Assembly: GCA_049240965.1 (NCBI GenBank)
Contig: JBMLRP010000056.1
Location: 1,425 to 65,424 of the forward strand
Reading direction: 5' to 3'
DNA: 64,000 nucleotides
From: Akkermansiaceae bacterium
GTDB lineage: Bacteria; Verrucomicrobiota; Verrucomicrobiia; Verrucomicrobiales; Akkermansiaceae
The notes under the pieces are model-generated. The model was given only the letters and a program-made list of their open reading frames with translations. It was not told where the DNA came from and made no database searches. Positions within the stretch are counted from its first letter, which is position 1; each line of letters starts with the position of its first letter. Of this stretch, positions 38,735 to 47,555 are shown piece after piece. Both the position numbers and the translations under genes were made by a program.

Positions 38735-40063
38735 GTGTTCAACCGATCCGATTCCCCACGCTGTGGCCGCCATGCATTGAGTCGTTTTTTTGCATTCATG
38801 GTTTTTTTTGTTCTTATGAGTCCGGCAATCGGCGCTCCGGACCCAACGCCATTTCCCAGTCCCGCCTCGATCAAGGGCTTGCAGGTGCAAATGGTGGATG
38901 ACGCACTGGCTCTGGGCATTCACCACGCCGGTGTGAACATCAACATCACCGCGTTGTTTGATGCACAGAAAAAACCCGGGAACCCCAAAATCACAGTGGA
39001 TGGTTTCGAGTTCAGTTTTCAGGAGAGTTATCTGAAGAGCATTGACCGACAAATCAAACCGCTATCCGATCGCGGGGTTCTGATTTATCTGATTGTGATC
39101 GCGTATCCCTCAAAAAATTCCGCCATTGATTCCGTTGTGGTCCATCCCGAAGCAAAGCCGGATCATCGCTATAGCGTCGCCGGATTCAACTCGGTAACTC
39201 CCCAGGGGCAAGCATGGCTCAAAGCCGTAAGCCAGCTCATGGCAGAGCGCTGGAGCGGCGCGAACCCCAGCAATGGCCGCGTTTGGGGCTGGATCATCGG
39301 CAACGAAGTGAATTCACATTTCATGTGGTCGAACATGGGCAAACAAACACTCGACACCGCGGTGGGTCATTATGCACGAGCATTCCGCATCATCCATCAA
39401 TCGGTGAGAAACGCCTCCGCGCATGCGCGACTCTACATTTCCTTCGATCATCATTGGGGACAGCGCATGCATGGCATCAGCGCGGAAGAAGCCTGCGGCG
39501 GTCGCGAGTTTCTCGATCTCTTTGCACGACAGATGAGCGATCTCGACTGGCATGTCGCATGGCATCCCTACCCCGAGGACCTTGGGAATCCCCGCGCATG
39601 GATGGATCGCACCGTTACCTCGGATATTTCCACTCACAAAATCACTTTCAAAAATCTGGAAGTTCTCTGCGAATCTTTGCGGAGGCCGGAAATGCTGTAT
39701 CAGGGCGAGCCACGGCGCGTGATTCTCTCGGAACAAGGGTTTCAGACCTTGTTGCAGCCCGATGGCGAAAAACTTCAAGCTGCCGCGTTTGCCTATGCAT
39801 GGGAGAAATGCCGCCGACTGCCTTTGGTGGACGCGTTCATCTATCATCGGCATGTCGATCACGCCAAAGAGGGTGGACTTCGTCTTGGCCTCTGGCGCAA
39901 TGCTCCGCACTCGGTGGTTGACCCCCACAGCAAGAAGGAAATCTGGTCTCTGATGCAAAAAGCAGGAACGGAGAAATGGCAGGATGCCGCTGCACAGTAT
40001 CTGCCGGTAACGGGACTCACCAGTTGGGAGCAAATTTCCGGAGAGAGAGAATCAACGAAATGA
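38735..40063 (+). CDS. secreted hypothetical protein, possible clan GH-A (TIM-barrel) glycoside hydrolase
   Basis: Signal peptide (FFAFMVFFVLMSPAIGA). Candidate acid/base WIIGNEVN and nucleophile VILSEQGF motifs spaced about 150 aa apart. Family not recognised. Confidence 0.45.
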   Translation: MFNRSDSPRCGRHALSRFFAFMVFFVLMSPAIGAPDPTPFPSPASIKGLQVQMVDDALALGIHHAGVNINITALFDAQKKPGNPKITVDGFEFSFQESYLKSIDRQIKPLSDRGVLIYLIVIAYPSKNSAIDSVVVHPEAKPDHRYSVAGFNSVTPQGQAWLKAVSQLMAERWSGANPSNGRVWGWIIGNEVNSHFMWSNMGKQTLDTAVGHYARAFRIIHQSVRNASAHARLYISFDHHWGQRMHGISAEEACGGREFLDLFARQMSDLDWHVAWHPYPEDLGNPRAWMDRTVTSDISTHKITFKNLEVLCESLRRPEMLYQGEPRRVILSEQGFQTLLQPDGEKLQAAAFAYAWEKCRRLPLVDAFIYHRHVDHAKEGGLRLGLWRNAPHSVVDPHSKKEIWSLMQKAGTEKWQDAAAQYLPVTGLTSWEQISGERESTK

Positions 40064-40100
40064 CCTTTGCATGATCGGCGCGCCATGCTAACTAGCTCGC

Positions 40101-40712
40101 ATGCCTGCTTGGATCGAATACTCCGCTTGCGCCGTTGGTGCGATCTCTGGCGTATTGGCCGCAGAGGGAAAACGCATCGATCTTTTTGGCGTGTTAGTAC
40201 TGGCGTTGGTCACCGCCGTCGGGGGCGGCACGATTCGGGATATTTGTCTCAACGCCCCTGTATTCTGGCTCAACAACCCGGCGATCCTGCTCTCTGCGAC
40301 ACTGCCCGGGCTGATTGCTTTTCTGCTCGTGCGCTTTGTGAGAATGCCCGAAAAAGCTCTCATGATTGCCGACGCCTTTGGCTTGGCCTTGTTTGGCGTT
40401 GTAGGCACAGAGAAGGCCCTGATGTTCGGCGCCAGCGATGTGGCAGCTGTTCTTCTGGGCATTGTGACCGGGGTCGCCGGTGGCGTCTTGCGAGATGTAT
40501 TGCGTAGCGAAATTCCCTGGGTCTTCCGTGCGGAAGTCCACCTCTATGCGACGACGGTGTTTTTCGGCGCATTACTCTTTGTGGTGCTTCACCGTTGGTA
40601 TGCCGATGTCGAATCGGCACGTTACATCAGCATGGGAATGATTTTACTCTTGCGATTGATCGCCATGCGATTCGGGCTACATCTCCCGGCCTTTCGTATG
40701 CGCGAGCCTTGA
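40101..40712 (+). CDS. trimeric intracellular cation channel-like membrane protein (UPF0126, YadS/YicG family)
   Basis: Two UPF0126 repeats with GGGTIRDI and AGGVLRDV motifs; 203 aa with 7 hydrophobic segments. Confidence 0.8.
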   Translation: MPAWIEYSACAVGAISGVLAAEGKRIDLFGVLVLALVTAVGGGTIRDICLNAPVFWLNNPAILLSATLPGLIAFLLVRFVRMPEKALMIADAFGLALFGVVGTEKALMFGASDVAAVLLGIVTGVAGGVLRDVLRSEIPWVFRAEVHLYATTVFFGALLFVVLHRWYADVESARYISMGMILLLRLIAMRFGLHLPAFRMREP

Positions 40713-40771
40713 GCATTCGTCCTGATCTAGAGAATTCCTGATTCTTCTGCCTTCTTCCGCGAATCCAGAAA

Positions 40772-40800
40772 CCCGGCAGTTCAACATCGGGAACTCCGGG
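40772..40800 (-). terminator. possible terminator hairpin after purL
   Basis: CCCGG(C)AGTTC / GAACTCCGGG stem with one bulge and an 8-nt loop. On the minus strand it is followed by TTTCTGGATT. Confidence 0.35.
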
Positions 40801-40803
40801 AGA

Positions 40804-43185
40804 TCAATAAAATTCTGCAAGTCGTTGTTTCCAGATGGATTTGAGTGCCGCAATGTTCTCGCGCAGCACTTCTCTGCCACTTTGTTTCACAGCAAGTTCG
40901 CGATGATCTGGAGAGGTTCTGCCCAGCACAATGAGAGGCTCACCAGAGAACAGTTGTTGCAGCGTATCCAGATTTTCTGGAAGAACTTCGAGCACAATGC
41001 GTCCCGTCGATTCGCTGAAAAGCGAGACTGCGGGTGGCAGGCCACCGAGTGAATCGAGGTCGACTTCGACGCCGGCTTTTTCGGAGAACGCCATTTCAGC
41101 AAGAGCAGTGATGAGACCGCCCTCGGAAACATCGTGAGCTGAGAGGATGAGGCCAGCCGTGCGCGCCTGATGGAATTTCCGATAGGTCTGGAGATTTTTG
41201 GCGCAGTCGGTCTGCGGCACAAGCGCTCCGTGGATTCCGTGTTGACGTGCAAACACGGAACCGCCCATTTCATCCTGAGTCTCGCCCAACAGGCAAAGGA
41301 TGGAGTGATCACGTCGCAGCGATGAACCGGTGACGTGTTGTTGCTCCTCGACAATGCCAATACCGCTGCAAAGGAATGTCACGGGAATATTGATCGGACC
41401 ATCCTCGGTTTCGAAATAGTTGTAGAAGGAATCCTTGCCCGAGATGAACGGCGCTTCGAATTCTTCCGCAGCATCAGCGATGCCTTTGACACATTCCACC
41501 AATCGACCGAGCTCATCAGGATCATTCGGGTTGCCCATGCAAAAATTATCAAGCAGACCGATTTTGTCGGGATTCGCTCCTACAAGAACAAGGGAGCGCA
41601 TCGTCTCATCCATGCTGGCCCGTCCCATCGCACGGGGATCGGTTTTGCCCCACTCAGGAAGCAAGGAAAGTCCGAGAGCCATGGCTTTGGTGGATCCATC
41701 GATGGCAATCACCGAGCCATCCTGCGGAGCATCGCCTTTGGCGCCAGCGAGAGGTTCCAGCAATGTATTCCCCTGCACCTTGTGATCATACTCACGGATG
41801 ATGGGCTCACGCGAACAGATGGCGAAGTCTCCTAACACATTACGCAGGGCAGCGGAGAGATCGACAGCGTCTCCCACCAGACCGGTGGCTCCCGGAGTTC
41901 CATGGAAACGCGCCTGAAGTTTGCGTGTGGGGGCATCGTGCAGCTTCGAGTTGTCCAGTTCACAGACGAGTTCGCCGTGGTGCCACACTTTCAAAATCCC
42001 CGTGTCATCGGAGTGACCTAGCACGGTGAGCTCGGTTTGATAGGTATCGGCCAGAGCCTGGAGTTCCGGCAAGGAGGACTCTTCCACAGCGAGCACCATG
42101 CGCTCTTGGCTTTCGGAAATAAAGACCTGCCAGGAAATGAGGCCGGGCTCTTTCAGCGGGGCATTGTCGAGGAAAAGCTCCCCACCGGTCTCGCTGAGCA
42201 TTTCGCCTGCGGCCGAACTGAAGCCACCGGCACCGCAGTCGGTGATGAACACGATGAGATTGCGATCCCGCGCGGCGAGAATGAAGTCGGCAGCCTTTTT
42301 CTCCTCGATGGGATTGCCAATTTGCACGGCGCTTTGGTCCTCGACGTGGCTATCCCCGGTGAGAGATGCGGAAGAAAACGTCGCACCTTTCAGGCCATCT
42401 CGACCTGTTCGACCACCGACGACGATGATTTTCAAGCCGGGACGCATGGATTTATCGATGTATTGCTGATCAATGACACCAGCCGTACCGGCATAAACGA
42501 GCGGATTGTAGATGTAGGTCGGATCGAACTGAATCGCACCACTGACCGTGGGAATACCCATCCGGTTGCCGTAATCGCGCACACCGCGCACTACGCCACG
42601 CATGATGCCGAGCGGATGGATGACGTCCTTGCCCTTGATCGTAGTGGGATCGGTATCCGGCGCGCCGAAACAGAAAACATCGACGTTGGCGATGGGCTTC
42701 GCGCCTTTGCCGGCACCGAGAATGTCGCGCACCACACCGCCGATTCCGGTATTGGCCCCGGCATAGGGCTCGATAGCACTGGGGTGATTGTGTGTTTCCA
42801 CTTTCAGGCAAACGGCTTTGTTGTCATCGAGGCGGATGAATCCCGCGTTGTCGTGGAAACAACTGAGCACGAAGTCCGGCTTTTTCTCCATGATGCGCTC
42901 ACTGGGTTTCTTGATGAAGGTCTTGAATAATGAGTGGATCGTTTCCGTTCCGCTGGACGTTTCGTGCGTGATGGTGGCGGCAAAAATCCGGTGCTTGCAG
43001 TGCTCGCTCCAGGTCTGGGCGATCACTTCCATTTCCACATCAGTAGGCTCACGATCCCATTCGCGATAAATCCCCTGCACCACTTCCATGTCCTCGCGCG
43101 AGAGCGAGAGTTTCATGGAGTCGCTCAAGGACTTGAGTTCTTCACCGGAAAGATTGCGAATCGGGATATGGCGGTAGCTTTTCAT
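40804..43185 (-). CDS. purL: phosphoribosylformylglycinamidine synthase subunit PurL
   Basis: QTWSEHCKH and ETHNHPSAIEPY motifs. Start chosen at 43185 (MKSYRHIPI), because the 43320 start would leave only 16 nt to the divergent gene. Confidence 0.93.
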   Translation of the reverse strand: MKSYRHIPIRNLSGEELKSLSDSMKLSLSREDMEVVQGIYREWDREPTDVEMEVIAQTWSEHCKHRIFAATITHETSSGTETIHSLFKTFIKKPSERIMEKKPDFVLSCFHDNAGFIRLDDNKAVCLKVETHNHPSAIEPYAGANTGIGGVVRDILGAGKGAKPIANVDVFCFGAPDTDPTTIKGKDVIHPLGIMRGVVRGVRDYGNRMGIPTVSGAIQFDPTYIYNPLVYAGTAGVIDQQYIDKSMRPGLKIIVVGGRTGRDGLKGATFSSASLTGDSHVEDQSAVQIGNPIEEKKAADFILAARDRNLIVFITDCGAGGFSSAAGEMLSETGGELFLDNAPLKEPGLISWQVFISESQERMVLAVEESSLPELQALADTYQTELTVLGHSDDTGILKVWHHGELVCELDNSKLHDAPTRKLQARFHGTPGATGLVGDAVDLSAALRNVLGDFAICSREPIIREYDHKVQGNTLLEPLAGAKGDAPQDGSVIAIDGSTKAMALGLSLLPEWGKTDPRAMGRASMDETMRSLVLVGANPDKIGLLDNFCMGNPNDPDELGRLVECVKGIADAAEEFEAPFISGKDSFYNYFETEDGPINIPVTFLCSGIGIVEEQQHVTGSSLRRDHSILCLLGETQDEMGGSVFARQHGIHGALVPQTDCAKNLQTYRKFHQARTAGLILSAHDVSEGGLITALAEMAFSEKAGVEVDLDSLGGLPPAVSLFSESTGRIVLEVLPENLDTLQQLFSGEPLIVLGRTSPDHRELAVKQSGREVLRENIAALKSIWKQRLAEFY

Positions 43186-43336
43186 GCGGAAAAAATCTGG
43201 GCTGTCATCCAAAAATGGTGACGCGGCGACTTCATCACAGATTGTCCGGATGTGACAGATTTTTTTGTAGCGAAATACGCCTGCGATTTTTTTACCCAGT
43301 CTTTCACAGCTTGCTGCCACCGCGAAAAATTTCCTT

Positions 43337-44668
43337 GTGAAAACAATGATTCAGCGGGAGATTACCTCACCAATGACACATTCTCATCGTCCAATGGCAG
43401 CGTTGTTTTTTTGCGTTGCCATGATAGCATCCGGTTGCAAGCAAAAGACCGCACCACCCGCCAGTAATACCGCAGAATCAACGCCTCCTGCTCCCGCCGC
43501 CATTCCGGTAGTCGTCTCATTGCAAGGGATGACTCGCGGAGGAAACCCTTATTTCGTCCAGGGCGTGGGTGGCGACAAGAACCTCAAAGCTCTGGCGGAG
43601 CGTGGCGGCAACTCCATCCGCACATGGACCACCAAGGGACTCGATTCACTTCTCGACGAAGCAGAATCCTTGCAGCTCACCGTCAGCGCGGGCATTTGGC
43701 TGGAGAACGAATGCAGTTGGTTTTCCTACAAAAACCCCGAGCACTGCGCGAAACAAGCCGAGCGCGTGCGCAAGGAGGTAACGCTCTATCGAAATCATCC
43801 CGCTCTGCTGGCATGGGGTGTGGGCAATGAAGCCGAAGGCGATGGAACGAATGATGCCTATTGGCAACAACTGGAACGATTGGCAGTGATGATCAAGGAA
43901 ATCGACCCAAATCACCCCACCTTCACTGCAGTGGCAGGACTCAATCCCTCGAAAACACAAGGTTTGATGAAATTCACTCCCAGCCTCGATTTTGTGGGCA
44001 TCAATACCTATGGTGGCGTATTCGGCTTGCGCAAGCATTTGCAAAACGTGAATTGGAATCGTCCATGGCTCCTCACTGAATGGGGGCCACGGGGGTTTTG
44101 GGAAAGCAAAAAAACGACATACGGTTCTCCCATCGAGCAGACCAGTAGCGAAAAAGCCGAGATGATGCTGCGCGCCTATCGTGAAGTGATTCGCCCGGAC
44201 GGCGGATGCTTGGGCAACTATGCGTTCGTCTGGGCCTGGAAATTCGAATCAAGCGCCACGTGGTTCGGCCTCTATACGCATGAGGGAGACACCACCGCCT
44301 CCGTGGATGTGTTAGAGGAGGTTTGGAAAGGCAGCAAAGCGGCCAACCGTGCCCCTACGATCACACCGATCACTGGTATGCCAACTACGGCGTTAAAGCC
44401 CGGTCAGTCATGGCAACCGAGAGTCAACGCGACAGATCCCGACGCGGATCCGCTCCAGTGGCGATGGGCGGTATTACCCGAACTGCAAGGCCACCAACAC
44501 AATGGGCGAAAAATTCCCGATGCGATCGCTAACTCTGTAATGCATGTACAAACCTCGGAGCCCGAAATCAAGGCGCCAAACAAACCGGGAGTCTATCGGC
44601 TCTATGTCTGGGTCAGGGACGGTCGAGGCCATGCCGCCACGGCTAATGCACCATTTGAGGTGCGCTGA
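43337..44668 (+). CDS. lipoprotein, probable clan GH-A glycoside hydrolase
   Basis: Lipobox MIASGC. NHPALLAWGVGNEAEG (acid/base NE) and WLLTEWGPRG (nucleophile E) are typical of GH2/GH5-type TIM barrels. C-terminal Ig-like region. Confidence 0.55.
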   Translation: MKTMIQREITSPMTHSHRPMAALFFCVAMIASGCKQKTAPPASNTAESTPPAPAAIPVVVSLQGMTRGGNPYFVQGVGGDKNLKALAERGGNSIRTWTTKGLDSLLDEAESLQLTVSAGIWLENECSWFSYKNPEHCAKQAERVRKEVTLYRNHPALLAWGVGNEAEGDGTNDAYWQQLERLAVMIKEIDPNHPTFTAVAGLNPSKTQGLMKFTPSLDFVGINTYGGVFGLRKHLQNVNWNRPWLLTEWGPRGFWESKKTTYGSPIEQTSSEKAEMMLRAYREVIRPDGGCLGNYAFVWAWKFESSATWFGLYTHEGDTTASVDVLEEVWKGSKAANRAPTITPITGMPTTALKPGQSWQPRVNATDPDADPLQWRWAVLPELQGHQHNGRKIPDAIANSVMHVQTSEPEIKAPNKPGVYRLYVWVRDGRGHAATANAPFEVR

Positions 44669-44792
44669 TTCCATCATGAACCTAACGTAATGCCGATTAC
44701 CCGGGGAGAGGGAAACCGGCACGTGAAACCCCATCTGCCGCGTGACTCCGTGGCCGCGCTTTTCGAGCGCGTGGCCCCTGGTGCGGGAAATT

Positions 44793-44820
44793 TGGCCTGA
44801 CGCTTGGAAAGCGTCGGCCA
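44793..44820. other. hairpin between convergent GH gene and valS
   Basis: TGGCC(T)GACGC - TTGGAAA - GCGTCGGCCA. A 10-bp stem with one bulge. No adjacent T/A-run on either strand. Confidence 0.3.
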
Positions 44821-44825
44821 CGGGG

Positions 44826-47492
44826 TTACTTCAACGCATCGAGCATTTCACCGAGTTGGGTGAGTTTTCCTTTCCACTCGGCGAGGCGGGCTTTTTCCTG
44901 CTCCACGACTTCGGCGGGGGCGCGCTCGATGAAGCTGGCGTTGTCGAGCTTGGCTTCGCATTTGGCCACTTCCTTGCCGAGTTTCTCGATCTCTTTGCCG
45001 AGACGGATTTTTTCCGCTTCGACATCGATGAGTCCCTCTAACGGAAGATAGACTTCACCGATCGGGGTGATGGAAACCGGCGTGCCCTTGGGCGACTCGT
45101 AGGCGGCATCGATGCAGATCTCCCCTGCCCCGGCCAGCAAGGCGAGGACATCGGCTTCCTGAGCCAACCAGGATGGTGCGTTTTTCACGATGAATGTCAC
45201 ATCGCGACGGGTGGCGACGTTGTATTCAAACTTCAGGTTGCGCATGCGGCCGGTGGCTTCGTAGATCGCGGCGGCTTGCTGTTGGGAAATGGTGGCATCA
45301 AACCCGGCGAGCAATGGTTTCTCCGGCAGGGTCTGGTTCATCAGGAACTGCCCCTGCGGCACATAGCCCATGCGTGCGGAGAGTTCTTCAGTGACGTGCG
45401 GCATGTAGGGATGCAGCAATTGTAGGAAGCGGCTCATCACGGCATCGAAAACGGCGAGCGTGCGGTCGCGGTCATCAGCACTGGCATTTTGGCGGAGGTC
45501 GCCTTTGACGGCTTCAAGGAACCAGTCGCAGAACTCGCTCCAGAGGAACTCGTGCATTTTCTGCGCGATCTCGCCGAAGCGGTATTCGCCGTAGGATTCT
45601 TCGAGCTGCACGGCGAGAGCATCGATCTTCGCCATGATGTCGATGTGATAGGGACGCAGCGTAGCGAGCGGTGGCAAGGACTTCACGCCACCATCGCTCG
45701 CCATCTGACGGAAGCGGCAGGCGTTGTAGATCTTGTTGGCGAAGTTGCGGCCTTCCTCGACCTGGGATTCATCAAATCTAACATCACTGCCCACAGGCGC
45801 GATGCGCAGCAGGCCGAAGCGCAGCCCGTCCGCGCCGAACTGATCCATGAGATCGAGCGGATCGGGAGAATTGCCCAGCTGTTTGCTCATTTTCCGTCCC
45901 TGCAGGTCGCGGATGATGGAGGTGAAATAGACGTTGCGGAAAGGCAGCTCGTCCATGAATTCGTAGCCCGCCATGATCATGCGCGCGACCCAGAAGAAGA
46001 TGATATCGGGGCCGGTGACGAGGTCGCTGGTGGGATAGAATTTTTTGCGGGTGTCGTCATCCATGGTCGCGAAGGGCCACAGCCACGAGCTGAACCAAGT
46101 GTCCATGCTGTCTTCATCCTGCACCCAGTTTTCCGCATCCGCGGGTGGCTCGGTGCCGACGTGGATGTCGCCTCTCTGACGATCCGTGAGATCGAGAGTC
46201 TCGGCACTTTGCAGGGCCTCGGATTTTTCTTTGCGATACCAAACCGGGATGCGGTGCCCCCACCAGAGCTGGCGGCTGATGCACCAGTCCTGGAGGTTTT
46301 CCATCCAGTGCGCGAAGGTTTTTTTCCAGCGTTCGGGGCGAAAAGCGATCTCGCCGTTTTCCACTGCCGCGGCCGTTCGATCGACCGAAGGGTAGCGCAG
46401 GAACCATTGCAGAGAGAGGCGTGGCTCGATGGGAACATCCGCGCGCTCGCTGAAACCGACGTTGTTCGAATAGTCTTCCTCTTTCACCAGTGCGCCGAGT
46501 TCGGCGAGTTTTTTTGCGGCGAGTTTCCGCGCGACGAAGCGATCGAGGCCGTCGAATTCAGGGCAATCGGGGCAGTTGATGCGGCCATCGGGATGCAGGA
46601 CATCGATGATGGGGAGATCGTGGCGCTGGCCGATCTCGAAGTCCACGCGGTCATGCGCGGGCGTGACTTTCAGCGCACCGGTGCCGAATTCTTTGTCCAC
46701 GGCTTCATCGGCAATGATCGGAATCGGAGCGCGGGGAAACGGACGCCAGACATGCTTGCCGATCAGATCTTGATGGCGTTCGTCCAGCGGGTGAACGGCG
46801 ACAGCGGTGTCGCCCATGAGCGTTTCTGGGCGGGTGGTGGAAATTTCCAGAAAACGTCCGGGCATTTCCACGACCTCGTAACGCATCGTGTAAAACTTAC
46901 CATTTTGTTGTTTGGGAATCACCTCTTCATCGCTCAGCGCGGTGAGAGATACCGGGCACCAGTTGACCATGCGCAGGCCGCGATAGATGAGACCTTTTTC
47001 GAACAACTTCACGAACACATCCTGCACCGCGCGGGTGTAGTCGGCATCCATGGTGAAGCGCTCGCGGCTCCAGTCGCAGGAGCAGCCGAGACGTTTCAAC
47101 TGGCCGATAATGATATCGCCGTATTGTTCCTTCCAAGCCCAGACGCGCTTGAGGAACTCTTCGCGTCCGAGGTCGCGGCGGGTTTTGCCCTCCTCCTTGC
47201 GGATGAGCTGCTCCACCTTCGTTTGTGTGGCGATGCCGGCATGGTCGGTGCCGGGCAACCAGAGAACTTCGAAACCCTTTTGTCGGGCGCGGCGTGCCAA
47301 AATATCTTGCAACGCATTGTTCAGCACGTGGCCCAGGTGCAGAATGCCGGTAACGTTCGGTGGCGGGATGACGATGGAGTACGCCGGTTTGCTGGAACGC
47401 GGATCCGCTTCAAAACAACGGCCCTCGATCCATGCGGCATACCACTTGGCTTCCACGTCCTTTGGTTCGTATCCTTTGGGTAACTCTGACAT
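44826..47492 (-). CDS. valS: valine--tRNA ligase
   Basis: HIGH-type PPPNVTGILHLGH, KMSKS-type KMSKQLGN and a C-terminal coiled coil. Start at 47492 (MSELPKGYEPKDVEAKWY) fits the family N-terminus. Confidence 0.95.
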   Translation of the reverse strand: MSELPKGYEPKDVEAKWYAAWIEGRCFEADPRSSKPAYSIVIPPPNVTGILHLGHVLNNALQDILARRARQKGFEVLWLPGTDHAGIATQTKVEQLIRKEEGKTRRDLGREEFLKRVWAWKEQYGDIIIGQLKRLGCSCDWSRERFTMDADYTRAVQDVFVKLFEKGLIYRGLRMVNWCPVSLTALSDEEVIPKQQNGKFYTMRYEVVEMPGRFLEISTTRPETLMGDTAVAVHPLDERHQDLIGKHVWRPFPRAPIPIIADEAVDKEFGTGALKVTPAHDRVDFEIGQRHDLPIIDVLHPDGRINCPDCPEFDGLDRFVARKLAAKKLAELGALVKEEDYSNNVGFSERADVPIEPRLSLQWFLRYPSVDRTAAAVENGEIAFRPERWKKTFAHWMENLQDWCISRQLWWGHRIPVWYRKEKSEALQSAETLDLTDRQRGDIHVGTEPPADAENWVQDEDSMDTWFSSWLWPFATMDDDTRKKFYPTSDLVTGPDIIFFWVARMIMAGYEFMDELPFRNVYFTSIIRDLQGRKMSKQLGNSPDPLDLMDQFGADGLRFGLLRIAPVGSDVRFDESQVEEGRNFANKIYNACRFRQMASDGGVKSLPPLATLRPYHIDIMAKIDALAVQLEESYGEYRFGEIAQKMHEFLWSEFCDWFLEAVKGDLRQNASADDRDRTLAVFDAVMSRFLQLLHPYMPHVTEELSARMGYVPQGQFLMNQTLPEKPLLAGFDATISQQQAAAIYEATGRMRNLKFEYNVATRRDVTFIVKNAPSWLAQEADVLALLAGAGEICIDAAYESPKGTPVSITPIGEVYLPLEGLIDVEAEKIRLGKEIEKLGKEVAKCEAKLDNASFIERAPAEVVEQEKARLAEWKGKLTQLGEMLDALK

Positions 47493-47555
47493 CGCGCCGC
47501 ACGCTTGCCATAGCGAGGCATAATTGTAAAGCACAGGCTTGCTCAAAGGCACTGG

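Noticed and set aside
45489-47483. 664-aa ORF on the + strand, the largest ORF in the track without a call.
   Set aside because: It lies entirely antisense to valS, whose identity is certain from the HIGH and KMSKS motifs. Its translation is low-complexity and rich in Ala/Gly/Arg/Val, with no motifs. This is the classic shadow ORF seen in GC-rich coding DNA.
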